A stretch of DNA of 64,000 nt from Akkermansiaceae bacterium (GTDB lineage: Bacteria > Verrucomicrobiota > Verrucomicrobiia > Verrucomicrobiales > Akkermansiaceae), in contig JBPOGF010000002.1 in assembly GCA_051251915.1 (NCBI GenBank), forward strand, positions 1 to 64,000, written 5' to 3'. This document shows, piece after piece, positions 18,923-29,600 of the stretch (the first letter of the stretch is position 1; each line of letters starts with the position of its first letter). Under the pieces are notes generated by a model, which searched no databases, was not told the origin of the DNA, and saw nothing but the letters and a program-made list of their open reading frames with translations. A program made the translations under genes and the position numbers.

Positions 18923-19447
18923 TTATTTGGATACTGAAAAGACTTCTTTTGCTTTTGCGAGGATGACTTTTGCGGTTGGTCGTTTGGTTTTAGAGCCTGA
19001 GATTTCAGCTTTGATTTTACCATCTTTGCCGATGAGGTAAGTGGAAAAGTCACCTTGTGAGTAGGTGATTGTTTTGTCTGCTGGGGTGTCTAGCAGTATG
19101 GGTGAAAAGCCTGATTTGGTGGCGGCGATTTGGGCTCCGGCTGGGCCTTTGGATTCTTCACGGAAGACGTAGATTGTAGAAATGCCCATTTTCTGGAATT
19201 CGGCTTTCTTTTCTTGCAGCTGCACGAGCTGTTTCATGCAGAATGGTCACCTGTGGGATCTGCCGAATACGAGGACGATGTTTTTTCCTTCGTAGTCAGA
19301 GAGGGAGATGGATTTATTATTAGCGCTGTTGAGGGTGAAGTCGCGGGCTTGATCTCCGATTTTAATTTCTGGAGGTGTGTCGGCAGCTTGGAGTGATGAG
19401 AATGACAGTAAGCTAAGGGCTGAAAATAGAAGTTTGAGATGTTTCAT
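18923..19447 (-). CDS. exported AhpC/TSA (redoxin) family selenoprotein, UPFC motif (174 aa, Sec at codon 67)
   Basis: signal peptide; IGDQARDFTL...SLSDYEGKNIVLVFGRSHR-U(TGA 19247-19249)-PFCMKQL in frame with 18923-19237; STYLIGKDGKI. Confidence 0.9.
19217..19231 (-). promoter_or_regulatory. putative SECIS element
   Basis: CAGCU-CGUGC-AGCUG hairpin; loop G 22 nt after UGA, followed by U. Confidence 0.55.
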
Positions 19448-19613
19448 ATGCTATTAGAGTAAGATAGTGTCAAAATATTCCACCAAAAGGAAAATAATAT
19501 GTATTTTTTATATTGTCTCAGTGTCTGGCTGGTATGTGAGAAGTTGGTAAGGTGGGAATTAACAGGAATAAATAGTGGTGTATCCTACTCATATGATTAA
19601 CCCGCTACTGCTT

Positions 19614-20381
19614 ATGAAAATTAATTTAATCCAAATGGGGCTCTTAGTAGGTATGGGCGCCATTGTAATAATATTTTGGTCTAGAATGAATGAAGAACTT
19701 GTCACTGAATCCGATACTGCGCCCGTCTCTCAACTAAGCTTCGATGAGGAGGTAGCAAAAATTCCTTTTGAAACAGTCACCTTTGGGATGGGCTGATTCT
19801 GGGGGCCTGACTCTCAGTTTGGGAGCATTGATGGTGTGCTAAGAACTCGTGTCGGTTATTGTGGTGGTGATAAGGAGAAGCCAAATTATTATAGTATGGG
19901 TGATCATACTGAGGCTATTTCTATCGATTTTGATCCTAAAGTTATCGGCTATACTCAATTATTGGAGTATTTCTGGCAAGGGCATCGTTGTGAGCGGAAT
20001 AATTCTAGCACGCAGTATCAAAATGCTGTTTTTTACAGGGATGAGGAGCAGAAGAAGTTGGCGGAAATGTCTTTGAGGAATAGGGCTAAGATTTTAGGGC
20101 TTAGTCCCGAGGAAGTGGCGACGAAGATTATTCCGGTGAAGACTTTTACTTATGCCGAGAAGTATCATCAGAAGTATTCTATTCGTGGTGAGATACGTGA
20201 TGCGCTTGATGAAATTTTTCCTGATGCGAAGTCACTTGCTGATTCTACTGTGGCGACGAGGCTTAATGCTTATTTGGGAGGTGGGGTTAAGTTAGATCGT
20301 GCGAAGTTCTTGAGTGAGTTGGGTGAGTATGGATTGCCAGAGGAGATAGAGGAGGCGGTCAGGGGTCGAGTGTCGAGGTAG
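19614..20381 (+). CDS. msrA: selenocysteine-containing peptide-methionine (S)-S-oxide reductase with N-terminal membrane anchor
   Basis: TVTFGMG-U(TGA 19794-19796)-FWGPDSQFGSIDGVLRTRVGY corresponds to GCFWG; DHTEAI, YQNAVFY, AEKYHQKY; start uncertain (19593 or 19614). Confidence 0.93.
19811..19825 (+). promoter_or_regulatory. putative SECIS element
   Basis: CUCUC-AGUUU-GGGAG hairpin; loop G 21 nt after UGA. Confidence 0.55.
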
Positions 20382-20384
20382 GTT

Positions 20385-20945
20385 TTAAAGGCAGGCTTGG
20401 TAGCAAAAGCAGTCTGTGGTGTGGTCGTTGACCATGCCGATGGCTTGCATGTAGGCGTAGATGATGGTGGGGCCTACGAAGGTGAAGCCGCGTTTTTTGA
20501 GGTCTTTGCTGATCTGCTCTGAGAGAGGGGTGGAGGCGGGGATTTCTGCGTGGGTTTTGAAGGCGTTGTCGATGGGGGTGTGGTTTACCCAGGTCCAGAG
20601 GTAGTTGTCTAGGGTGCCGGTTTCTTCTTTGAGCTTAAGGGTGGCGAGGGCGTTTTTGCGGGTGGCGTAGACTTTGAGTCTGTTACGGATGATGCCTGGG
20701 TCGAGGAGGAGTTTATCGAGTTGTATGTCAGTCATTTTGGCGACTTTATGGACATCGAAGTTGTGGAAGACTTTTTTGTAGTGTGCTCGTTTCTTGAGGA
20801 TGGTGATCCAGGAGAGGCCGGCTTGTGCTCCTTCGAGGATGAGCATTTCGAAGAGTTCGCGGTCATCGTGGAGGGGGCGACCCCATTGATTGTCATGATA
20901 GTCGAGGTAGAGTGGGTCATCTGTGACCCATTGGCAGCGTTTCAT
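20385..20945 (-). CDS. tag: DNA-3-methyladenine glycosylase I
   Basis: RCQW..YHDNQWG, LEGAQAGLSW, IIRNRLK, FVGPT, NDHTTDC. Confidence 0.97.
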   Translation of the reverse strand: MKRCQWVTDDPLYLDYHDNQWGRPLHDDRELFEMLILEGAQAGLSWITILKKRAHYKKVFHNFDVHKVAKMTDIQLDKLLLDPGIIRNRLKVYATRKNALATLKLKEETGTLDNYLWTWVNHTPIDNAFKTHAEIPASTPLSEQISKDLKKRGFTFVGPTIIYAYMQAIGMVNDHTTDCFCYQACL

Positions 20946-21004
20946 TCCTTGATCTTAGGGGGGATGAGGGAGAAATAAAGTGCTAATGTGTGGTGAAAAA
21001 GGCT

Positions 21005-21033
21005 TTGACCTTCGTGATTTTCCTGCCTACGTT
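21005..21033 (+). promoter_or_regulatory. sigma70-like promoter for tig
   Basis: TTGACC-17 nt-TACGTT. Confidence 0.5.
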
Positions 21034-21134
21034 CCCGCCCCTGCGCTGAGCGAGTTATGGGTAACTGTATCTATGTCGCTCAAATTGACGCAGCGAAAAT
21101 CGATAAAATTTTAAGAACTTCAAGATAAACTGAT

Positions 21135-22472
21135 ATGAACATCACTGTAGAAAAGAAACCAGAGTGCATGGCTACTGTAAATGTAGAAGTGCCCGCAGAT
21201 AAGGTAGCTTCAGAGCGCCAGACCATCGTTAGCAACTATACCGCGCAGGCGAAGATCCCAGGTTTCAGACCGGGCAAGGCACCATTGAAGGTGATTGAAA
21301 AGAGATTTGAAAAGCAGATCAAGGAGGAGCTATACAGCCGTCTGATCAATGTAGGATGTGAAGATGCGATCAAGCAGGAAGATCTTAAGGTGATCTCTGT
21401 GAACGTTACTGCTGAGCCAAGTCTCAGTGAGGCTGGTGCACTTTCATTTGCAGCGGACATCATTCTTGCTCCAGAATTTGAAGTGCCTGAGTATCTCGGA
21501 TTAGAGATTGAGGCACCAAGTGCTGAGGTGACTGATGAAGAGGTGAGCAATGCACTTACTGACCTTCAGCAGAGATTTGCAGAGTTCAACGATGTGGAGC
21601 GTGAGCTTACTGATGGTGACTTTGCTGTGGTTGATTTCACTGCAACAACTGATGGCAAGCCAGTGGCTGAGGTTATTGGTAAGGCAGCTGGGTTCCTTGA
21701 GGGACGTGAAGATCACTGGACTAAGATTGAAGATGATTCATTCATGCCTGGATTTGGTAGTGGTCTTAAAGGGCTTAAAGCAGGAGACAAGAAAGAGCTT
21801 ACACTCACGATGACTGAGGAATTTCCACTTGCTGATGTGCGCGGAGCAGATATCGTGTTCGATGTGACTGTGAAGGCTGTGAAAGAGCAGGTTCTTCCTG
21901 AGCTTGATGATGATTTTGCTGGTAAGCTTCTTCCTGAGAAAGGAATGGACGAGCTTAAGGATGTGATCCGTGAGCAGCTAGGCCAAGAGAAGAAGAAGAG
22001 CGTAGCAGATGCTAAGGTGAATCAAGTAGTAGAGATTCTCAATGAGCGTGTGGACTTCGAAATCCCAGCAGCACTTCTAGAGCAAGAGGCTAAAGGCAAT
22101 GCGATCAACATGATTGAGCGTGCTAAGCAGCAGGGTATGACAGAGGAAATGATCGCAGAGCAACAGAATGAAATTTCTGAATCAGCGGACAAGCAGGCTA
22201 AGCTTAACCTTAAGACAAACTTCATTCTGCAAGAGATCGCAGTGAAAGAGAAGATTGAAGTCACTGACCAAGATGTGATTCAGAGAATCTCAGGTATGGC
22301 GCAGCAGGCGAACAAGCCAGTGAAGAAATACATCAAGGAGCTTCAGAAAGCGAATGCGATTCAGAATGTGCGTAATTCAGTGCTTATCGGAAAGACTATT
22401 GACTTTGTGGTAGAGAAGGCGAATGTGAAGGAAATCACAACGACTGAAACTACAGAAACAGATGCAGAATAA
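21135..22472 (+). CDS. tig: trigger factor
   Basis: [10 protein letters not shown] signature, FKBP domain. Confidence 0.97.
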   Translation: MNITVEKKPECMATVNVEVPADKVASERQTIVSNYTAQAKIPGFRPGKAPLKVIEKRFEKQIKEELYSRLINVGCEDAIKQEDLKVISVNVTAEPSLSEAGALSFAADIILAPEFEVPEYLGLEIEAPSAEVTDEEVSNALTDLQQRFAEFNDVERELTDGDFAVVDFTATTDGKPVAEVIGKAAGFLEGREDHWTKIEDDSFMPGFGSGLKGLKAGDKKELTLTMTEEFPLADVRGADIVFDVTVKAVKEQVLPELDDDFAGKLLPEKGMDELKDVIREQLGQEKKKSVADAKVNQVVEILNERVDFEIPAALLEQEAKGNAINMIERAKQQGMTEEMIAEQQNEISESADKQAKLNLKTNFILQEIAVKEKIEVTDQDVIQRISGMAQQANKPVKKYIKELQKANAIQNVRNSVLIGKTIDFVVEKANVKEITTTETTETDAE

Positions 22473-23124
22473 TATTACAAATAACACTCAAGGGTCATCG
22501 ACTCCGCAGAATAATTATTACCCGATCCCAACTGTCATCGAGCAGGATGGGAGAGGGGAGCGTGGGTATGATATCTACTCACGACTACTTAAGGATCGGA
22601 TTATCTTCATTGGCACAGGTATAGATGACCATGTGGCGAATGCAGTGATCGCGCAGATGCTGTTCTTGCAGATGCAGGACCCTAAGAAGGATATCCATAT
22701 TTACATCAACTCACCAGGTGGTTCAGTGACTGCTGGCTTGGCGATGTATGATACGATGCAGTTCCTTACATGCGATGTGAATACGTATTGTATAGGGATC
22801 TGTGCTTCAATGGGAGCTGTTCTGCTGACTGCGGGAACTGAAGGTAAGCGTTTTTGTCTGCCAAACTCACATGTGATGATTCACCAGGTTTCTGGTGGAG
22901 CGCAGGGCACTGCATCTGATGTGGAGCGCACTGTGAAGTTCATGTATGGTCTTAAAGGTAGACTTAACAAAATTCTTGCTCATCACACTGGTAAGACTGA
23001 GAAGCAGGTAGAGAAAGACGCGGATCGCGACAACTACATGTCTGCTGAAGAGGCTGTGAAATACGGCCTTGTGGACAAGGTTTTAGAGAGCAAGCCATTG
23101 CCTGATCAGGACGAGAAGAAGTAG
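22462..23124 (+). CDS. clpP: ATP-dependent Clp protease proteolytic subunit
   Basis: [30 protein letters not shown]. Confidence 0.98.
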   Translation: MQNNITNNTQGSSTPQNNYYPIPTVIEQDGRGERGYDIYSRLLKDRIIFIGTGIDDHVANAVIAQMLFLQMQDPKKDIHIYINSPGGSVTAGLAMYDTMQFLTCDVNTYCIGICASMGAVLLTAGTEGKRFCLPNSHVMIHQVSGGAQGTASDVERTVKFMYGLKGRLNKILAHHTGKTEKQVEKDADRDNYMSAEEAVKYGLVDKVLESKPLPDQDEKK

Positions 23125-23152
23125 TCGCTAGTCCATAAAGCAGATTAATTTT

Positions 23153-23190
23153 AAATGCCTAGGTCGCTTATGATCTAGGCATTTTTGTTT
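23153..23190 (+). terminator. intrinsic terminator after clpP
   Basis: AAATGCCTAG/CTAGGCATTT stem plus T-run. Confidence 0.8.
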
Positions 23191-23304
23191 GTAGTAGTTC
23201 GCTGGAACTTACTGAGCTATTTACAGATTACTATTTTTTCACTGGAATAGCTGTATTGGTAGAGGAGTCCTGCGCTAACAAGGCAGGACTCACTCATGAG
23301 GTTC

Positions 23305-26300
23305 TTACTTCTTCTCCATCGGGTGTTCTTTGAGGAGTTGCTCGGCTTGGTAGAAGCTTTGTTGGTCTTTGGTTTCTTGGCGGACTTTGGCGACTTGTTT
23401 GTGGTTGAGGTGGGGAGCTTTGTTTCCGAAGCTGTTGCGGACGTAAGTGAGGACATCTGCTATTTCTTGGTTGGATAGTTGTTTAAAGGATGTCATGGGA
23501 ACTTGTCCTGGGTATTTTTTGCCTTTGACGGTGATGGGTCCGATAAGTCCGTGGAGGGTGATTTTGATGAGGCGTTCTTCGTCGCCGGTTACCCATTCTG
23601 ATTTTGCTAGTGGTGGGAATCCTACGTCTGGTAATCCGTTGCCATTTTCTTGGTGGCAGGTGGCGCAGTTTCCTTCTTTCTCGAAGATTTCTTTTCCTGA
23701 GATAAATGATTTTCTAACATTTTTATTTTTCGCGATGTGCTTAGGGACGTTAACTCGATCTGAGCCAGCTGCTTCACCTGTTTTATTCAAGGATGAGAGG
23801 GCATAGGTGATTGTTTTCTTAAGGTCTTTTGCTGTTTCGGTAGTTTGGATGTCTTTCAGGGTATCTAGGCCTTGCATCTTCGGGAGCCAGCTGGCTGAAA
23901 CGATGGCTTCTAGACGGACTAGTGCGTTATCATCCTTGGTTGCGGCTTTCATGAGGGCAACTTTATCGAGGGTGGATGGCTTACTGAAGCGTAGGGTTTG
24001 GACTGCTGCTGCTCTGATTTTGTGGTCTTTGGCTTTGAGTAGATCTTGGAGGATTGCTTCATCGGTTTGATCGAATCCTTGGCTTACCCAGAGTGCTTCC
24101 AGTTTGAAGCGCTCGTAGTCGGCTTCTTTGCTATCGAGGGCTGCTACCCATTTTGTGAGCTTAGGTAAAACCTCGTTGGCGTCGCGACCTCTGAGTTCTC
24201 TGCGTGTGCGGTAGCGTGTGCGGTATTCTGGGAGTTTGAGGTTGTCTAGTAGGGTGTCTATTGATGCGCCGGCTACTTCTGCGGGTTTGACTAGTGGGCG
24301 GGACGGATAGGTGATGCGATAGATACGCCCGTGCTTGGTGTCGCGTAATGGATCGCGCGCGCTGTGCTGCATGTGCCCGATGAGTAAGTTGTGCCAGTCT
24401 ACTACGTAGAGTGATCCGTCGGGAGCGAATTCTAGGTCTACTGGGCGGAAGTTAAAGTCGTCTGACTGGAAGAAGTTCTGCACGAATTCACCTGAAATAC
24501 TGGTGTCTTTTTCTACGAAACGATGTTGTTTGGCTCCAAGGTAACCGATGGTATTAGTGATTAATAGGTCTCCTTGATCTTTCTCTGGGAAATGGCGGCT
24601 GGATATAATTTCGCTGCCAGAACCTGGGCGCATTTTGTTGCTGGTGATGATGCTTGGTAGTTTGATGGCGACGTTGTATTGTGGTTTTACCATGCCTGGT
24701 TTTGCCCATAGGTAATCTGCGGCTACTTGGCCGAAACCTCTGCCGTATTTGTCAAAGACGAAGCCCCATGGGTTTGGTAGGGGGGCTTGGACGTAGCGGA
24801 TGAGTTCTCGGCGTTTGGGGTCATAGCGGTAGAAGCCTCCGTTGGTTCCTCTAACAGGGCCGCGTGATGTTTCTACATTACTGAAGAGGAAGATGCCTTC
24901 GCACATGATGATGCCGCCAGATGGGTCATTGGTGAAGGCGCTGATGTTATGGTGAGTGTCATGGGTGCTGAAGCCGTTTAGTAGGATTTCTTTTTCGTCG
25001 TATTTGTCGTCTCCATTGGTGTCTTTTAGGAGTACTAGGCTACCTGTTTGAGATACAACCACTCCTTCTGGGGTGAACTCGAAGCCGATGGGTAAGTGCA
25101 AGTCGTCTGCGAAAATGGTTTCCTTGTCTGCTTTTCCGTCACCATCAGTGTCTTCGTAGATGATGAGTTTGTCTTGTGGCTTGGGATCGCCGATGCGCCA
25201 GTGTGGGTAGCTTGGCATGACAGATACCCAGAGGCGGCCTTTGTTGTCGAATGAGATTTGTGCGGGGTTTGCTAGGTTGGGGAATTCAGCTTCTGATGCG
25301 AAGAGTTTCATTTCGTAGCCTTTGGCGACGGTGAGATCACTCTGGGATTCTGGGCCGGGTTTGTAGGTGTCGCCTTTGGTTATATCTAGGCCGGATTTTG
25401 CGTGACCTTTTTTGAATGTGTAGTTGGTTTTTACTGGTGGTAGTTTTAGGGTTTTGGCATCGGCTGCGGCTAGATCTTTGCGTTTGCCTTTGAGGGACTC
25501 CCAGATTGCGGAGTCACGGATGACGATCATTTCGCGGGTTTTCTTTAGCTCGAAAGGGTAGTTTTTCGGCCCATAAGGAGCGAATCGGCGGCCGAATACG
25601 TGGACGCCGTTGAGGACTTTGTAGTCGCTGAGCCAGCACCAGTTTTTTTCTTGCACCATTTCGAGGACTAGGTCGTGGTGAGAAGCTGCTGTTTCATCGC
25701 GCTCGCCAGAAAGCTCCGTAGCGAGATGAGTGGATAGCCATTTATAGCCCTTTTGGTTGAGGAGAGCTCCGTCTACGGTGTAGTCTTTTGTTGCTTTGGC
25801 GAAGAGAGTTTTAGACGGGGTGTAGAGGTCGATGAATGGGAGGGAGTGTTTCTGTGCTATTTCTTGGATAGCTTGGGTGTAGATGGCTAGGTCTGCGTTT
25901 CTGTATGCGGCGTTTAGGTTGCCGTATTTGGCGGAGAGGTCTTGGTAGGCGGTGGGTGAGACGAGGATGATGTCTGGGGCGCTTGAGCCGTTGTATTTCT
26001 GGGCGAGGCTGTGTTTGATGAAGCCTTCGAGTTCGGCTTTGAAGTTTTCGACGCCGTCTTTGCCTTCAAACGATTCTACATGACCAAACATGCCGATGAT
26101 GAGGTCGATTTTCTGGCGGGTGAGTACTGCGTCATCGCTTTCTAGGGTGCCGTCGTTGGTGTTTCGCTTAATGTTGGCTACTTCTGGTTGGAATTTTTCT
26201 GCTCCTGGGAATGCCCAGGGGGATTTGCGTCCGGCGCGGATGCGCATTCCGGGGGTGTCTGCGTCATCACACATGTTGCGGATGATGAGGTTTTTGTCTG

Positions 26301-26478
26301 GATTCCGGAGGTAGAGCTCGGTTTCGAAGAAGCTGTAGTGATCCATGCCTGCGCCGAGGCTGCCGCCAATGAAGGCGATGCGTTGGTCTTTTTTTAGCTC
26401 AATTTTTGCGGAGAGAGCGGGAGATAGTATGGAGATTAATACGCATAAAAATGAGAGAGCGTTTCTTGAGATTATCAT
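23305..26478 (-). CDS. PVC-type heme-binding protein (SGNH-like + dehydrogenase-like propeller + HEAT + cytochrome c)
   Basis: signal peptide; DTDGDGKADK repeats, FRPVDLEFAPDGSLYVVDW, HGRIYR, CATCH, FPPLAKSEW. Confidence 0.85.
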   Translation of the reverse strand: MIISRNALSFLCVLISILSPALSAKIELKKDQRIAFIGGSLGAGMDHYSFFETELYLRNPDKNLIIRNMCDDADTPGMRIRAGRKSPWAFPGAEKFQPEVANIKRNTNDGTLESDDAVLTRQKIDLIIGMFGHVESFEGKDGVENFKAELEGFIKHSLAQKYNGSSAPDIILVSPTAYQDLSAKYGNLNAAYRNADLAIYTQAIQEIAQKHSLPFIDLYTPSKTLFAKATKDYTVDGALLNQKGYKWLSTHLATELSGERDETAASHHDLVLEMVQEKNWCWLSDYKVLNGVHVFGRRFAPYGPKNYPFELKKTREMIVIRDSAIWESLKGKRKDLAAADAKTLKLPPVKTNYTFKKGHAKSGLDITKGDTYKPGPESQSDLTVAKGYEMKLFASEAEFPNLANPAQISFDNKGRLWVSVMPSYPHWRIGDPKPQDKLIIYEDTDGDGKADKETIFADDLHLPIGFEFTPEGVVVSQTGSLVLLKDTNGDDKYDEKEILLNGFSTHDTHHNISAFTNDPSGGIIMCEGIFLFSNVETSRGPVRGTNGGFYRYDPKRRELIRYVQAPLPNPWGFVFDKYGRGFGQVAADYLWAKPGMVKPQYNVAIKLPSIITSNKMRPGSGSEIISSRHFPEKDQGDLLITNTIGYLGAKQHRFVEKDTSISGEFVQNFFQSDDFNFRPVDLEFAPDGSLYVVDWHNLLIGHMQHSARDPLRDTKHGRIYRITYPSRPLVKPAEVAGASIDTLLDNLKLPEYRTRYRTRRELRGRDANEVLPKLTKWVAALDSKEADYERFKLEALWVSQGFDQTDEAILQDLLKAKDHKIRAAAVQTLRFSKPSTLDKVALMKAATKDDNALVRLEAIVSASWLPKMQGLDTLKDIQTTETAKDLKKTITYALSSLNKTGEAAGSDRVNVPKHIAKNKNVRKSFISGKEIFEKEGNCATCHQENGNGLPDVGFPPLAKSEWVTGDEERLIKITLHGLIGPITVKGKKYPGQVPMTSFKQLSNQEIADVLTYVRNSFGNKAPHLNHKQVAKVRQETKDQQSFYQAEQLLKEHPMEKK

Positions 26479-26691
26479 ACAATTATTAATAGTGTGATTC
26501 TCAGGTGTGTTAAAACTTTTTTCACGTCATTTCATGAAGCTGTGGTTCAGTATATGGAACAGGAGCATATTTTATGTTTGAACAATAGGGCTTATCGATT
26601 AGTTCTGTTTGCTGTTAGAATAGTTTTCTGTTTATTGACTAGCCCTCAGATAAAATTTTCCCCACACTCTATATTCTAAGAACACTTTAAC

Positions 26692-29600
26692 ATGATGAGA
26701 CACGTATTTAATCGAACCAACCTAGCCGTCAGTACATCAATCGCATTGCTGACAGCGCTCCCTATGTATGCAGCTGAGTTATCTCCTGCAAAGAAAGCTG
26801 AACGAGCTGAGTATTTAGCGAAGAAGGGGAAGATGAAACATTGGTATGAGAAGATGGATGTGGGGCCAGTGTGGGCGAATGTGTTTGAGGATTATTACCA
26901 AGGGACTCAGCGTGTGGCTGCACTTAAGGGGTTGACTTTGGAGTTGTCTCAGAAGGATTCGATTAGGGGGTTGTTTGATACTGAGACGTTGCGGATGAGT
27001 TCTGTGTTTCAGGGTGATATTTATATGTCTGGAACTCCATGGACTGGTGTGCATGGTGGTATCAACCGGATGGCAAATGAGCAGAACTCGATCATGCAGA
27101 CTTCTTCTAAGCCTGGGTGGGCTGATAAGGAGGGTTCATTTGATGAGAAACGGGAGATACCTGGTTATGGGAATCTACCTGAGGATCATGGGCGTTTTAA
27201 GGGGCATTATCGCCATGGGGATCAGATTATTTTGGATTACACGGTGTTGGGGTCTCGGGCGTTGGAGCTGCCATCTGCTGGGGTGTTTGGAGGTGTTCCG
27301 CTTGCGTTTAGGCAGCTGGATGTTGCGGCGAGTGATCATAAAAGGGTGATGATGGTGACCGATATTACGGGTGCCGATATTCTGATTAATAAAGCAGGGA
27401 CTACTGCTATTGTTAGCAAGCAGCTAACAGCTGAGGAGAGTGCTAGCCCTGAGCCCAAGGTGAATGAGGTGACTGTGGTGGCTGATCGAACTACTGGTGA
27501 CTGGGATCAACTTTCCATGGGGGCGCCGAGTAAGACGGATTCGGTGGATCGGAGTGTGAACAAGAAGACTTATTTTCGTGTGGTGCCAGGATTTACTGAT
27601 GCTGACAGGAAGGCGGGGGACGAGGAAGGGGTTGCTGTACGTTTGAATGACGGGCAGTCATCGCGCCATGATGAAGATCAGAGCCGTAATTTTTTCTTTA
27701 AAGGGACGCCGTTTGCGGGAAGATTAGAAATGAATCTTGGTGAGGTTCAGAAGGTGAATAGGATTCATCTTTATTCGCAGCATTCTGGGAACCGTGCATC
27801 ACAGAATGTGGAGATTTATGGGGCGACGAAGGACACAGCGGATTCGACACTGGAGGAGGGTGAGCTAGAAAAAGGTGGTTGGGTGAAGGTAACTGCTTAC
27901 ACGACTGGTAAGCTTGGTAATAGTGGTAGGCATGGGGTTGCGGTGTTGGCTCCTAAGGGTGGTTCTATTGGAGAGTTTCAGAAGCTTTTGTTCATCAGTA
28001 GACCTGGTAAGAATAAGACGAAGACTCACACGTATTTCTCGGAAATTGATATTTATAGTTCAGAGGCACCTGCGCTGAAGGGCTTGGCTTATATGACTGC
28101 GAATATTGCTAGTTATTGTGTGGATCTGAGGGGTGAAGGATTGAAATTTACTGACGGTGGTGACGGGCAGCTTTTGTTGGAAATTCCGGCGACTGATAAA
28201 GCGACTCGATTCTCACTTGGGTATGCGGCAGGGAAGCCTGAGAATAATAAGGAGTTGATTCAGGTGTTGGAGAAAAACACACCTGATGCACGAGAGCTCG
28301 GTAGTCTTACTGAGGGTGGGGCGGCGCTTTATCCGGAAGTGATTGAGGTGGAGGGTAAGATAGGCTCTAACAATGTGACTTGGGCAGTGGATAGTATTCC
28401 GCTTCCTGTGAAGAACCCTTGGTATGCTATGGTGAAGCCTGGTGGGTTGGACCTCTTTGAAGATGGTGATTCTGCTGCGGTTTGTACGTGGAATGGTGAT
28501 GTATGGGTAGTGACTGGTTTGAATGGTGACTGGAAGTCTCTGAAGTGGCGTCGTTTTGCGACTGGGCTGTATGAGCCACTTGGGCTGAAGGTTGTGGATG
28601 GTCTTATTTATGTGAATAGTCGCTCGCAGATCACACGGTTGCATGATCAGAATAATGATGGTGAGGCTGATCGTTATGAGTGTTTTAATAATGACGTTTA
28701 TGTGACGGCTAACTTCCATGAATTTACATTTGGTCTTCAGACTGATGATGAAGGTAATTTTTACATTGCGAAGGGTGCTCCGGTTCTGGCAGGTGGGCGT
28801 GGATTTGATAGGGTGTTGCCACACAATGGAACGCTGCTTAAAATTTCTAAGGATGGTAAGGGCATTGAAGTGATGGCTACTGGTTTGCGTGCACCTGGAG
28901 GACTAGGAATAGGGCCGAATGGTGAGTTTACTACTGGTGAGAATGAGGGGACCTGGCAACCGAGTTGTAAGTTAAACTACTTTACGAGTAAGGATAAATT
29001 CCTAGGTGTGGAAGATACTGCTCAGCATCTTAAAGGGCAGGAAATGCATTTGCCTTTGTGTTATTTTCCGATGCGGGTCGACAACTCTGGAGGTTCCCAA
29101 GTTTGGGTTCCAAAGGGAGTGAACTGGGGGCTTAAGCCTGGAGAGTTGATCCATTTATCTTATGGTCAGAGTTCACTTTATCGTGTGCTGAAACAAGAGG
29201 TGGATGGAGTTATGCAGGGTGGTGTGGTTCGTATTCCGGTGAAGTTTGATTCATCTGCAATGCGAGCGCGTTATCACAATGATGGTTCACTTTATGTGAC
29301 GGGGTTCCGTGGATGGCAGACGAATGCCGCGACTGAGCAAGGCTTGAACCGTGTCCGCTATACAGGGAAAGATGTTTCTATTCCTGATAAGTTGGACGTT
29401 ACTGAGAAAGGAATTTATATCAGATTTGAAAAGGAGCTAGATCCATCTACGGTTGAAGATAAGTTTAACTTTAAGGTTGAGCGCTGGAAATACATTCGTT
29501 CTGTGCAGTATGGATCAGGGGAATTTTCTATTGATAATCCGGATCTTGAAGCTGAGAAGCAGGCGCTTATTCAGGAGAGTAAAAAGCACCATAAGCATGA

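Noticed and set aside
18919..19053. 5' extension of ORF 18727-19053
   Set aside because: Overlaps the upstream redoxin gene; ATG 18918 gives a proper signal peptide
3991..20381. Global TGA reassignment (Trp/Gly code) as the cause of the split genes
   Set aside because: TGA is a normal stop for clpX (ATGA overlap with proC), aroK and others; internal TGAs occur only at catalytic Cys positions
17632..20381. Split genes as nonsense pseudogenes
   Set aside because: Four independent stops that are all TGA, all at the redox residue and all followed by hairpins, with no other lesions, is implausible
21041..21093. tRNA upstream of tig
   Set aside because: No cloverleaf, T-loop or CCA end
26672..26684. 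TATTC-TAA-GAACA as a LexA box
   Set aside because: Spacer is 3 nt rather than 4 and the flanking genes are not repair genes
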